A stretch of 64,000 bases of DNA, taken from contig MU053472.1 in NCBI GenBank assembly GCA_013239625.1, positions 496,001-560,000 of the forward strand, written 5' to 3'. A model generated the notes under the pieces. That model was not told where the DNA came from. It ran no database searches and worked only from the letters and a program-made list of their open reading frames with translations. Shown piece by piece: positions 14,301 to 29,300 of this stretch. Made by a program: the position numbers and the translations under genes. Source of the DNA: Lama guanicoe (taxonomy: Eukaryota). Position 1 is the stretch's first letter; each line of letters opens with the position of its first letter.

Positions 14301-17300
14301 TGTGATATGTAGGTTGATTTTCCTGATCTGGGACAAATTTAGGAATATTATTATTTTTCAGCCAGACACATCTGAGATAAACTTATATTTTAGAAAGCGT
14401 CTTCAAAAATAATAATGCTTTACTCAGTTGTTTTAATTATAGGAAGCCTTTCAACTTCGTAGTTGTCCTCTGCTCCTTTTTACCAGTGTTCTGAATTGAA
14501 GCAGTTGCACGTTAGTGTGGTCGTTGAGGTTTTTCCTGGCAAAAGGGTAGAAGCACACATTTATTTTTATAATATTTAAAGTGCTGGCTGTCAATATTAT
14601 TGTCTCCATTCAGCCCAGGAAACATGCTATCGGAAGCAGTAATAGCTAATGATGAAGGTTGGTATTATTTGTAAATAGCACATTCTTTGCCTGCACTGGG
14701 AACCCCTTCTGGTCCGCAGTGGTCCCTATTTAGGAACTCAGTAAATAACGATTTATATACTTTCTCCAGTGGTTTGTGGAGACAATTATGAAGTAATTAC
14801 AACATAGTTAGGACTTTTTAGCTATCTGAACTTCTTGGCTAGCTACTGACACTGGCTCTTCCCTTTGGATGTCTTCATTCTGATCCATCAAGGGAGAAAT
14901 GACAGAGGGGAAACTCATGTCTATTACATTAGGGATTCAGGGACTTTTTAAGGGAGTGGAAAGTACTTAGCAACCTGCATGTGTTTTGTTTCCAGTAACT
15001 TGGAGCTGTTTATTCAATGATTGTAAAATGCAGGCTATAAAAATAGTCTGTTTTAGGTAGTGACTACTAAAATGAAACACCTTATAGGTAATCTGATAGC
15101 CTCCACATTTTAAGGAAGGTAACTGTGGAAAATGAGTGATGTGTGTTTTATTACCTTTCAGATTGCCATGGGGATCCCTCTGTACAGAATCAAGGATATC
15201 CGTATGATGTATGGGGTATCTCCCTGGGGCGATGCTCCCATTGATTTTGAAAATTCTGCTCATGTTCCTTGTCCAAGGGGCCATGTTATTGCCGCTCGGA
15301 TCACTAGTGAAAATCCAGATGAGGTAACCCATCACTCAAAAGGTTTACACTTTTTTTCCACTGTGAACTTTAATATTAAGATGCTATCTGAGCATATATC
15401 TGAAATATCTTGGGATTTCCTCTGGAGAGGGAAATTGATAGAGGCTTCATCAGAGCAGATAAGTAAATGATCACTGTCCCACTGGTCATTTAGTCCTACT
15501 TTTGTTACCGTGGAGTCCTCAGTGGGTCTGTAGCACTGGACATTGACTCGTAAGCCTTTATGATTTTTTTACACCCTTTCTGCTTTTTGCGTATGATTAC
15601 ACAGAGCCTAAACAGTGACTATGTAAATATTCTCTTCCTTGGAAAATATAAAATATCATCTCCCATATTCTTCATTCTCTAACAGGGTTTTAAGCCCAGC
15701 TCAGGAACAGTTCAGGAACTGAATTTCCGCAGCAATAAGAACGTTTGGGGTTATTTCAGTGTTGCTGCTGCAGGGGGACTTCATGAATTTGCTGATTCTC
15801 AGTTTGGTCACTGCTTTTCCTGGGGAGAAAACCGAGAGGAAGCAATTTCGTGAGTATAATAGCATTTGATTGCATTTCAAAAACAAACTTGTGCTGATCT
15901 TCAGTGAAGGTGTGAGCATGGGAATGGGAATCATTATCTGGTACAAAAGCACTAATGTTGCTAATATGGACAGCTTTTTTGAAGAATGTATCTTTAATTG
16001 TATTTGCATTCATGTTGTGTTAAATTATGCAGTATTTGGCAGATGTTTTTCTGTTTGTTGCTCTGAGCCTATTCAAGTATTTCTACTTTCAAATATTTTT
16101 GATAAATATAAAATTGATTGATTTAAAGATAACTTATTTTTCTATAGAAATAGTATTGTTATTGCGGGGAGGTAGATTCTTGACCAAGAGTTGTCATCAT
16201 ATAAATCATAGATAAGATCTCTTATTTGTCATCAAAATAAAGGTATAGCTGTAAATGTCCTTTAGTCATTTAAAATAATAAAATGAAACTGCTTTTTACA
16301 TGAAAAGGCCATAAGGGAACTGTCCATATTGCTTATATGAGAGACCTCAGTGTACTATGAAATATACACATAGCTTATACAAACATGACTAGTATATCGT
16401 AAGTATTAGTTAATATTCTATTGAACATAAATATTAAATATTTACTAGCAGTTTTGCTTGCCTAAAAAGTAGGGCCCTCGGAGGTAATTTTGACAGGTTA
16501 GATATTTTAGACTATCCAAAATTCATCTAGTTCTTTCTGTTTTTTAATTGTCTATTTCCTTGGACCAATTCCTTTGCCCTTTGAACTGTACACGTAGAAT
16601 ATGTAATCAATAAGTATTTATTAATAATGTTGGTTTTTAATAGTGTTTCCAGAAATTGGGGCGTCTCAATTTTTCCCTATTTTGTCCTCTGCAATTCTTC
16701 CTATTTATTTAAAATTATAAGTGGAGTTTTCAGAATTAAAACAAAGCTACCAGAAAAACCATATGGTATAAAGTTGCCCCTTTTTTTTTTCTTTCTTTCA
16801 CAGCCATACCCTACTTTGCCAAAGTGGAGAAGAGTTACACTAGAGCTTGCAAGTTGGTGGCTGTCCAACTAGTCACAGCCACAGATGTGTTTTGATTGGC
16901 TTGGCTTATAGAGTGTTAGTTCTCATAAGTCGCCAATATTTAAAAACTGGGGGATTGAAATAAATAATATATGGACTTCTCTTAAAAAAATGGGATGATG
17001 ATAACAGTGGTTTTATATTCCACTTGGCAAAAATTAACTGAAGCTTTGTGATGTTGCTTCTTTTGGAGGAAACCTGAGCTCTCCAGTTCACATGGCCCCC
17101 ATCCAGTTTGCCTCACTCATTTACATTCCCAGAGTGGCCTCTATTGGTATTTAGATTTCCGGATTGGCAGGCCACCGAATATTTTCTACAGAACATGTCT
17201 TATGACCTGGTCCCAAAGCCTCCTTCCTTACTTCCTGACTCTCTCTGTACGTTTCTCTACAGTGTAAAGCCACCAGGTCAACTTTTAGCATGTTAAAATT

Positions 17301-20300
17301 ATGCTCTCTACAATAAGCTTGCTTCTTGACACCATGCCATAGTTCATTCTTCAGCCCAGAGTTTGTTTCTTCTTTTTTTCATGACATTGGGTCTATATTC
17401 TTCAACTTGGTGTTCCTATTCTCCAGAATAGCCCATGCCCATATTTCCTGCATTATTTCTTGTAGATCATAATCTAAATGCCATGAGAACAGGACCATGT
17501 CTGATTTGTTGCTGCTTATCTGTTTTGTGTATAGTAGATTGTATTTGCTAATCCCATACTCCTAATTATCCTTTCCCCTTCCCTTTCCCCTTTGGTAATC
17601 CTAAATTTGTTTTCTATGTCAGATCCCACATCCTCTATGAAACCATGGGGAGGTGGATTTTTTCCCTTCTTAGAACCTCTCCAGCACTTTGCTTTTATCT
17701 CTTTTATCTCTTTTCTGGTATTTATGATATTCTGTCATATATGTTTAAAGTGATTATTGTATCTACACTCTCTCTCCCTTATGCGTCTAGTATGTGTCTT
17801 GAGTCTGTGTCTTGCATAGTAAGTATTTGTTGAAGTAAGGACCTGCCCTCTGCAGGATAGACACTTGGTGGAAATACGCAGGAAAAAACCACAGCATTTG
17901 AAATTTTGTTAAAATTCGATCATTTAACACTTAATTGGAAAGTAGGAAAAGTAATGAGCAAGTCACTCCTCAGATGGCTAAAACACAGCTTAAAGAAACA
18001 TTCTCATGTGCAGTGTCAGGCTGAGTGATACCTGACTGACGCCGGATAGTTATCTCTATTGTATGGAAACCTTTAAATTAAGGGCTTAGTGTTTGTCAAA
18101 ATTCATGGAACAGTATACTTAAAATAAGTATATTTTATTATGTGTAAATTTTACCTTAATAAAATAAATAAGGTGTAAGGAAGGGAGAGTTATGCCCTAA
18201 TTCTAGTTAGCCAGCCAATGAATGGAATGATGGAAACTTAGTAAATGAAAACTAAGGGTCGTTTGCACATAACTTATTCAGTAATTCTATATAATGAAAT
18301 GTATGTGATTTGCTGGTGCTTTTATGGTGATATCAATCAGACTCATAAGTTTGCTGACATCTCAAAAATTCCATCTGGAATGAGCACACACACATGTGCA
18401 CTCTCATTTGTTCTTGAAACTATCTTGCTCCTCCTTCCTAAGAGTCCAAAGGAATGAAACGATTCTTGAAAATGATTGAAAAACACTAAAACGTTTGTTG
18501 CTAAAACAGATCTGTTTCTGTTCTTCTCCCAGAAACATGGTGGTGGCTTTGAAGGAGCTCTCTATTCGGGGCGACTTTCGAACTACAGTTGAATACCTGA
18601 TCAAATTGTTGGAGACGGAAAGCTTTCAGCTGAATAGAATTGACACTGGCTGGCTGGACAGACTGATAGCAGAAAAAGTACAGGTGGGTATTTCTTCACT
18701 TACACGGACAGCTTCTGGGACTGGGCTGTGATATAGGCTTGTGTTGTGATCAGTCCATTCCACTAGATAAAACCTATTTGATTCTAATATAAATGGTTCT
18801 TGGTCTACGTGGAAAAATATAGGAGTCAGTGTGATTTTAGCACTATAAGAGTGCTTGTGCTTGTGTTACACATTTTATATGTTCTAATATTACTTCCAAG
18901 AGTGTATTTGAAGAGAGGCATGCAGGGATTGAAATACTTTCTCTTTCCTCATTTGATGTTATATCTTGATCAGAGTTACCAACCTTTACATCTGTCCACC
19001 AAGTACTGATGAGAGGGACCTCATATAAATCAACAGACGTTACCCCTTGTTCCTGAATCGCTGGGCTATTCTAAATTACTCCAGATTTTGTATAAAATCA
19101 TTAGATTTATGTAAATTACCTGGAGGTCCCAATTTTAGTTACATACCATTTTTCTTTGAGATTATCAGCAGCCAAATCTTTGTACCTTTTTGATTATTTG
19201 TGACAAAAGCTTGTTTTTGAGCTACTCCTTGCCTCACTGGAAATCTTAGGGTGTAGAAAACATATTTTTCATCTGTATTCAAATGAGGCCTCTATTCAGA
19301 TTCTAAAAATAAATGTGTTTTTGTCTCAAAGATCAGTTGAGCAGTAAGGATGGAGATTCTCAGTGCTAGCTGATTCTTCACAGCACATTTGAGCCTGATT
19401 TAAATTGAGGAGCCATGGTGCCAAGTGACCGTGTTTTTGATCTGCCCACTTTTTCTTTCTTTCAGGCAGAGAGACCTGACACCATGCTGGGAGTTGTATG
19501 TGGGGCTCTCCACGTGGCCGATGTGAGCCTGCGCAATAGCATCTCTAACTTCCTTCACTCCTTAGAGAGGTAGGCTTTGTTTCTTGTGGTCCGTGCTAGC
19601 TAACCCATGGTCCTGAGTACAGGACTGAAGTTCGGCGGCCCATTTATTCTTCTCTCTGCTCCTGGCAGCTTGTGAGCGCTACTTGTTACTCACTGACCGT
19701 GGGTGCAGGGGAGAGAAGGGATGTAGGAGTTTATGGCAAATGATTTCGGGACTCTTTAAATACAGATTTCTAGAAATTGGTTTATAACACAGTTAGAACA
19801 GGATGGTTGCTTTTTAAAAACTGGAATCCTGATGAAGTAAACATTCTGTTTCATATAAGCATCAAATCTCTCCAAGCCCTGGTGATGAAAGTCAGGTGTT
19901 TTTCTCCAGCAGGGGACCCTGAATGTTTCATATATTACCTGCAGCACCTTTCAGGAAATAATAATTGAGACTGATATTCAAGATGACCTCATGAGTCTTT
20001 CAAGTAGAGGATCAGATTGTTTGGGGCTAAACTAATTTCCAACACGGGTTCTTTTGAGGAGTCTGAAAGGAAGAAGAGAAACAAAATTTTAAAAATTGAA
20101 CTGAGATTTCAGTTATTTAGGTCTTACCATAAAGATCTTTCTTTCACTGTGTTACACTTACTCACTGAAACCTTCATCAGCTCACCTTACCCTTCGGTAT
20201 CAGATCTAAATCCCTCAGTGCGACTTTTAACTCCCTGTATTCTTTGGCCCCTTTTTACCAGTCCGGCCTTACTTATTTCTATTCTTCAGCATGCAGTCTG

Positions 20301-23300
20301 TAACCTAGCTGAATGGTTTTCCTACTGGGGTACAGATGTGCCACACGTAATCTCCTCTACAAGCTCCCCCTACCGTCTTAACATTATTTTAAATTTATTT
20401 TTAAAACTTGTGTTTTGAAATAATTTCATGCTAATAGGAGAACTGCAATGTATAGTACAAATAATTTGTATGTATTCTTTGCCCAGATTCACCAATTATT
20501 AACAACTTCCCTAAGTTGCTTTATCACTCCCTCCGTTGGTTATTTTCCGAAGTCTTTCTTGATAATGTTTCCTTCGTTGGTAATGTCTTTCCCTTTCCCC
20601 TCCACTCCAGGCAGCCATGGTTTACTGCCTCTGTTTTTCTTTTTCAAGACTCCAAATAAAGTTCAGTTGCCAGTAGTAAATGAGGGTTTATTGTATTGGG
20701 TTGGGCCTTTTTTTTTCTTTTTTAAATATATTTTTAAGAATAGGTAATACATTCAGATGGTTCAAAACGCAAAAGGCCCAAAAAAGTATATAGTGAAAAG
20801 TCTTCTTCTTATCTTTGTTCCCTGGCCACGCAGTTTCCTTCTCTGTAGTCAACCCGTGTTACTGTTTTTTCTGCAGTCTTCCAGACATATGGTAAACTTA
20901 CATAAGCACAGATATGTCATATTTGTTTCTTCACACCGCTTTTTTTTTTAAACACAAATGGTAGCATACCCTGAAACTGTTCTACACAATTTCATTTGCT
21001 CTTTTCCTTTAACAGTATATTTTAGAGAGTATTTCATATTAGTACATAAAGGGCTTCAAATTTCTCTTCTTTTTTAAACATTTTAAAATTTATTTTTTAA
21101 TTGAAGTATAGTAGATTTACAATGTTATGTTAGTTTCTGGTGTGATTCAGTTTTATATATATACACACACAAATAAATATATTCCTTTTCATATTCTTCT
21201 TCAATGTAGGTTATTATAAGATATCGAATGTAGTTCCCTGTGCTATACAGTATGACGTTGTTGTTTATCAGCTTTCTTTTTAATGGCTGCATAATATTCC
21301 AGTATATGGCTTTTTTTGTAATTTATGTTTCAGTCTCTTACTGATGGTCCTTTAGGTTGTTTTCAGACTTGATATTCCAGGAAATGCTATAACCAATAAC
21401 CTTTGAGATTCCCTTATAAACTTGCAGAACTTTCTAGAAGTAAATGTCTCGCACATTGTTGTTCTTTCAGGGGTCAAGTCCTTTCTGCTCATACACTTCT
21501 GAATACAGTAGATGTTGAACTTATCTACGAGGGAGTCAAGTACGTACTGAAGGTATGCTGAACCCCACGGAAGCCAACACCATACTTTTTGACTCTGCTA
21601 GCTTGCTTCCTTTAGGTCAGGGGACGAGGGGGGAAGTTTGGTTTACTGCAGGACTGGGCATTAGTGAAATTACAGACATTATTAGTGTCAGTAGCCTTGT
21701 GTCAAAGCAATATTTGATGATTCTCTGAAAATGTTTTAGCTGTCACTCAAGTTCACATACGCAGCCAAGAGATAAAGTAGACAGAACAACCAGAGCAGGG
21801 AGCTGCAGCTAAGGTCCCCCTCTTTGCCTGAGGCAGGGCCGAGTCATGCCCACCAATACTAGTGCTGAGAGCACAGGACCACGAATTTCCTTCCTCTCTG
21901 GCAGAGCTCTCTTACCTATATCCTTGAGGTACTGGAATTTTGTTTGGGACTCCACCTGGGAGGGATACACTGCCTTGTCTCTTCTGGTTCCCGTTTCCTA
22001 CAGGTGACTCGACAGTCCCCTAACTCTTATGTGGTGATCATGAACGGCTCATGTGTGGAAGTAGACGTGCATCGACTGAGCGACGGAGGACTGCTCTTGT
22101 CCTATGATGGCAGCAGCTACACCACATACATGAAGGAAGAGGTGGACAGGTGAGTGGCTGCTTGAGGTCCTTAAGTTCCTCTCTTCATAAGCTACCACTG
22201 TTAGCAGTTTCTTACGTATTTTGCAGAAATTTTGAATGCACATGCAAGTTATATATACGTACATACTGTGTTTTTCTTTTAAATACATTCATAAATAAAA
22301 ATAACTTTTAGTTCTGCACCTTATTTTTTTCCTTTAACACATATTGTAGGCTACTCAACATCAATCATGAATTAATACATGGAAAGGGTATAGAACATTG
22401 CCTGGGATGTAGTAAGGGTTCAGAAAATGTTAGCTATTACATCATTATCTTCATGGTTTTTTCTCCCCCTAATAGAGGTGCCTATTCTTTTTAATGGTCA
22501 TATAGTATTCCATCATGTGGATATACCATAATTTATTTAATCTGACCCTTAAATTTTGGTTATTTGGCATTGTAAATAAAGATGCAGTGAATAGGGTGTG
22601 TGTGTGTGTGTACGTACAGAATGAAGTTGTTAAGTGTTTCTTTTAAGACTGACATTATTCTACCATTATCCTTTACAACTTGAGATGCCTTATTGACTTC
22701 CCATTCCTTCTTGTCTCCTAGGTATCGCATCACGATTGGCAATAAAACCTGTGTGTTTGAGAAGGAAAATGACCCTTCAGTGTTGCGCTCACCTTCTGCT
22801 GGGAAGTTAATCCAGTACATTGTGGAGGATGGAGGCCATGTGTTTGCGGGCCAGTGCTATGCTGAGATCGAGGTCAGGGTGGTGATTGGGCTTCTGGGTC
22901 ATGGGAGGGAAGGTAGGGAAAGGGTTGGCTGGGATGGACTGGGACTCAAGAGTAACAGAAAAGAAGTAGGAAATAGAAAGGAAAGAGCATCAGTTGGTTT
23001 AATGGGGATTATGAACACTGAGATTTTAAAAACAAATAAAAAGCTCTTAGTTTTTCTTTGACAGATGAGGAATCTCTGGCTCTAAAAATACATGTGAGGC
23101 AACAACACTTATTGAGTGTTGGGTATTGTGCTAAGTACTGGTTATACAGAAAAAATGTGAGGGGTGGAATGGACAAGTAATGAAGTATGAATTGTGAGAG
23201 AGCCAAGCATGGAGTGCAGAGGGCCTCCTGCCCCAAATCAATGTGGGGCTGGGTAGACAGTGAGAGAGGACTTCCTGATAGAGGGGGCTTTGATCTTAGC

Positions 23301-26300
23301 TTTGAAAGAAAGATAGTAATAGACCAGATGAAGAAAGGCAGGGAACAGTGTTTAAAGGTGAAGAAACAGCGTATACAAAGGCACAGAAGCAAAGGAGTTT
23401 GGTATATTTAAGGAACTGCAGTTACATATTGATACTGCTTGAGAATGGCTATGATTTAATGGGAAGTGTCAAGCAAAGCTGCTAAGTGAGTAATCAGAAT
23501 TTTACATCATGAAGGACCCTATAAGACATACTAAGAAGTTTAGACTCTACTGAAGGCAGATGGGGAGTCTGGATTTTACATGGACAGATGATATGAGGAG
23601 ATTTGAGCTCTAGAGTGATTGCTCTTAGTGAACCTTGTGGTGGGTGCATAGCAGGTAGGAAAGTCTATTGGGAGGTTTTTGAAGTATCCTAGGCCAGAAA
23701 TGATGGCAAGAGAGGAAGATTTTTGAGAAAGGTTTAGAAGATGTACTTGGCTAGGCTTGGTAAATTAGTGGATAAGGGAGAAAAAGGAGTCAAGAATGAT
23801 CCTTAGGGATTTGCTCTGGATGTCTTAGGTAGACAGCATGAGCAGCTAGATCCACAGGTATAAGGAAGCTAAATTGTTCATCACTTCTAAGTATAAAACA
23901 CATGAAAACACAGACTATGTCAAAATGCATGTAAATACCAGAAACAGGGAATGTCAGTAGCTGTCATTAATCCCTAAAGCTAGGTCCTGAGAGATTTTTT
24001 CAAATTTTTCATTATAGGTGATGAAGATGGTAATGACCTTAACAGCTGCAGAGTCTGGCTGTATCCATTATGTCAAGCGGCCTGGAGCAGCTCTCGACCC
24101 TGGCTGTGTACTAGCCAAAATGCAGTTAGACAACCCCAGCAAGGTCCAGCAGGTGAGCAGGAAGATGCTTTCAATATTGCTCTGCAATAAGGGTAGCTTG
24201 GAGGGCCAAGTGATTTCAGTGCTTGGTTTGCTAGTTTTTCCTTAAGCTTTTTACCCCTGATTTTATGCCTTGTCCTTGTGCCTTCGGTTCTCTAGAACTA
24301 GAGTTTCCAAGAGTTAATTATGCCGCTAAAATTCTGTGGTTTTCCTAATGATGCTTCTTCCATTGCTGGGTTTGGCGAAGGGAAGTCTTGATTTTGAATC
24401 TGAGTTGCAGTGGTGTGTTTGCACCCTGAATAGAAGGTAGTGGATGACTTGATCTCTCATTGGGGTTGACAGGCCGAGCTTCACACGGGTAGCCTGCCGC
24501 AGATCCAGAGCACAGCGCTCAGAGGCGAGAAGCTCCACCGAGTGTTCCACTATGTCCTGGATAATCTGGTCAACGTCATGAATGGATACTGCCTTCCAGA
24601 CCCTTTCTTCAGCAGCAGGGTGTGAATCACTTTTCTTGGCGATGGGTATACATAATAGGGTACCTGTTTTCCAAGATAGTTTAAAAGTCACATAAGGATT
24701 TTTTTTTTAAGGGAGAGAAAGCAAGCTGTTTGACCTGGAACTTGCCCACTTTTAGTTGTGGGATTTGAAGTCTCTAAATCCTTGCTTCTTTCTGTGTCAC
24801 TGACTTCACATTTAATTGGGTTTTAAACCAAAGAACCAGGGCAATATTAGATGCTTATATTGTAATGTCAAAATAAGTGCAGGCATACCTTGGAGATACT
24901 GAGGGTTCAGTTCCAGACCACTGCAATAAAGCAAACATTACAAGAAAGCAAGTCACATGAAATTTTTGGTTTGATAGTGCAAGGAAATGTTATGTTTACA
25001 CTACATTGTAGTCTATTAAGTGTACAGTGGCATCATGTCTAAAAACAATGTACATACCTTAATTTAAAAAAATACCTTATTGCTAAGAAATGCTAACCAT
25101 CATCTGAGCATTCAATAAGTCATAATCTTTTTGCTGGTGGAGGGTTTGAAATATTGCAAGAATTACCAAAATGTGACACAGAGACATGAAGTGATAAATG
25201 CTGTTGGGAAAATGGTGCCGATAGACTTGCTCACCTTAGGGTTTTACAAATCGAAACCTTCAATTTGTAAGAAACACAGTATCAAGGCACAATTAAGCGA
25301 GGCATGCCTGTACTGTGTGGTCATGAATTCAGATATATCATGTTATTTGGGAGAGTGTGTTAATTTTCTCTGGATCCTACTTCATTATGTCCTTCTTCTC
25401 AGGTGAAAGACTGGGTAGAGCGGTTGATGAAGACCCTCAGAGATCCCTCCTTGCCTCTCCTAGAGTTGCAAGATATCATGACCAGCGTCTCTGGCCGTAT
25501 CCCCCCCAATGTGGAGAAGTCTATCAAGAAGGAAATGGCTCAGTATGCCAGCAACATCACATCAGTCCTCTGTCAGTTTCCCAGCCAGCAGGTATTTATA
25601 GAGTAACTCTACCATTTTCTACTGGCTGCCCATGCTAGAGTTCATGTTGTAGGATTCCTTCCTGTTTGCATCCTCCTTACTATGTGGATGCTGTGCTTTT
25701 TAAGTTGTAAGCATTTTGCCTTTCACAAAACTGCCTCATGGTACCAGCCCAATAATGAAAGCACTGTATGTGAAACGTAAAGTATCTGTGGTTATGAGAA
25801 AAGCATATTCGGCCAGGTACCCCATAGCGTTTTGTTCTGTGAGAGGTATTTTTTGTGCATTTAAAGTAGACAGGTATTTGTAGTTTTATTATCAGAGACC
25901 TCCTCACTACCTCAGCAGCATGCTTGTTACCCTTTGCCTATAATCTAAATTTACATGTTGGGGGTAAACCTAGACAAGGGGGGAGTTATGTTTGCACCTT
26001 GACCTTAAGCAAATCTTGCCTGTCAGGGCCTCTGATAGGATGGTAGTCTTTGTGATGCACTCATTAGTTCATCTGAGAAAGGGTGAAAAGTAATACAAGT
26101 TGCTTTCTTAATTAACATGAGTGAGCCCCTAAGCTATGCCTAGTAACTCCGAGCTGCTGTCAGCGTGTGAAAGATAGAAATTGTCTTGTTATAATTAAGA
26201 AGATTCCTGGTGTTGATGCCACAGAGGCTGGGTCCCTTTGTTGGGTTGGGCTTCATTTTTCTCTCTTCCTTGTACTTTAGATTGCCAACATCCTAGACAG

Positions 26301-29300
26301 CCACGCAGCTACGTTGAATCGGAAGTCTGAACGGGAAGTCTTCTTCATGAACACTCAGAGCATCGTCCAGCTGGTACAGAGGTAGTTACATGCAACGCCA
26401 GATCCCAGACCTGTCTGGCCCCAAACCTTCCTTTCTTCTAAGTAGTCACAGGGAGGTTTACCACAGATTTGACTTAGAGAAGTTAGAAAGCACCTAACAT
26501 CTTGGAAAATAGCTTATACTGACTCAAGATCTTAGAATTGTGAAGTAACTCTCCTACTCAGTGTTTCTGATGACTCCTTTCTATTGGACATCTTTCTGTC
26601 AGTTATTAAGGCACAGAAATCTCAGTGTTTCCTTTTTCTTTGCTTTTGATGAAACTCCTAATTTTCCTCCTGGCACAGGGCCCAGAATGACATTTATTTC
26701 TAACTTGTGGAGCCAACTGTTGGACTAACAATCTTCACAGAACATTGGCAACTTCAAGATAGTCATAAATTTTTCAGATACTCCTTAGCCATTTGAAGTG
26801 TGTGGTAATCATTTCTACTTAGCAAAAGGAACTGAACCAGGGGTGTTGTTAGGGCTATCGAGTGGTTTTTGGTTTTGTTTTGTTCTCTATTTTCCCTCTA
26901 TTCTTTTATTAAAAAAAAAAATCTTGTGTATAGCTAGATTTCTTTTAGTCTTGAATTTTAAGTTAATCTGGTTAGTTGATTCCAGGCTGGCTCCTATCCT
27001 GTCTTATGTTCAGAGGGAAAGCAGTTTGGTAGAAAGTCAAGAGAGTAAATCTGGGCTCTGGGTTTATTATTTAATAGTCTGTTACTTAATCGTGTTAGTC
27101 TGTCAGGGTTTTTGGTGGAGACTCTCTTCTGTTTGCCTAGGTACCGAAGCGGCATCCGAGGCCACATGAAGGCCGTGGTGATGGATTTGCTGCGGCAGTA
27201 CCTGCGAGTAGAAACCCAATTCCAGAACGGTAAGCTCCTTCCTGAGGGCTCTGTACCTGAGAACGTGTCCCTAGAGGACTGAGCAGCGGCTGAGCCAGTT
27301 CATCCTGTCACTAGCACTTGCCATTAACCAACTCTTTTCTCCTGTCACCAATCCCTTAAAAACTAAACCTCTAGGTATACAGAGCAAACTTACTGTTGCC
27401 AGAGAGTAAAGGGGGTGGGAAGGGGTAAATAGGGAGTTTGAAATTTGCAGATACTAACTACTGTGTATAAAATAGATAAACAACAAGTTTATACTGTATA
27501 GCGCAGGGGACTATATTCAGTATCTTGTAGTAACCTATAATGAAAAGGAATATGAAAATGAAAAAAAATAAAAACCCCAAAACCGCCCCCCCCAAAAACC
27601 CTAAACCTCTATATCCCACTAACGCCAAAGAAAGAATAACAGGAAAACACAGCTTGATGAGATTGTGAATCCAGCCCTTCTAGGAAAGGGCTGAGATAAT
27701 TTTTCTGGTAGAGATTAGCATTTCCCTGTTGGTGTCTTCTTGACCTCATATAGTGAGAGTTGATTGGGTCATGGCCAGGCTGAAATTGAGAAACCCTATC
27801 CAAAGAGCTTGCCTCTCAGCAGCTGATCGATGGATTGAACCACAGGCATCTGAAAAAGGCTCAGATTTTCCAGTGCTTTTCAGTGTATCATTTAGGTGGA
27901 ATTTATCCTGGGCTTTCTCTGTAGAGCTTCACTAAATGATGTACAAGGTCTCCAACTGAAACGCCCTGGCTAAGATTTTAAAGCCACATGCTGCTGATAC
28001 TGCTTTCTGCCACAAGATGGCAGTGAAACACCACAGAATTTGAAAGATAACCTAATATTTTCTTGAATCTGTTTTGCTCCCTTTTCCATCCTTAAAGGAT
28101 GGCTCTGCCATTCTTGACAAGCAGAAATACTCAAGTAAATATTGCAAACTGAATCCAGCAGTGTATAAAATAATACATCACAACCAAGTTGGCTTTATCC
28201 TAGTAGTGCAAGCTTGATGAATATTTGAAAAACTGATTAATGTCATTTATCATGCCATAGACTAAAAGAGGAAAAAAACATGGCCATCATCTTAAGATAC
28301 GGATGAAAAACGCACTTGGCAAAATTTAATATCCATTCATGATAAGTTCTTGGGCAAATAAAAATGAAGTGGAGCTTTTTATCATGTAAAGTTCCCCCAC
28401 AAAAAATCTATAGGGTACATCATACATAGCGGTGAAATATTAAAAGCATTCTCTTTAAGATTAAGAATAAGACAAGGACACTTCTTTCATTACTGCTATT
28501 CAGCATCATACTGGATATCCTAGCCAGTGCAGTACGACAAGAAAAAGAATGAAAAGGTCTGAGGATTGGAAAGGAGTAAGGAAATAAATCTGCCACTATT
28601 AGATATGATATGATGTCTGTCTGAAAAGCCTCAAAGAATCCACATATTTATTATTAAAATTATTTAAAATCTAACAAAATTGCTGGATACAAAAGTCACT
28701 ATACAAAATTCAAATTTTATAGTAGAACAGTTGTTTAGAAAAACGATTTAGAAAAAGATTTCATTTAAAATAGCAACCCAAAATATGAAATTCTAAGGAA
28801 TAAGTGTAACAAAAAAATGTGCAACCTTTTTTGGAGAAAATTATAGTCATTGAAAATAATAAGGAAGATCTAAATTATATCATAGTCTTGGATTGGAATA
28901 TATATCTGTAAAGCATTGATTCTCCCTGAATTCATCTGTAGATTCATTGACGTTCCAGAAAAAAAACTTACTTGTGTATCTTTGTGGAATTTGTCAAGCT
29001 AATTCTATAATTTACATGAAAGAAAGGTAACCAAATTTCTTCTAAAGAAATACACTTGGAGATACTTGTCCAGTTAAATACTAAGTTTTAATATAAAGCC
29101 TTATTAATGAAGAGATTGTGATTTTGGTGTAGGGATAGATTAATAGAACAATGGAACATTGATCCATGCACATAAGAAAACTTACTTTACAACAAAGCAG
29201 TAATTGTCAATCATGAGGAAAGGGCAGACTTTTCAATAAATGATACTGGGACAATGGATTATTCATTTCCAAAAAACCCCAAAACCAAAAAGGATCCCTA

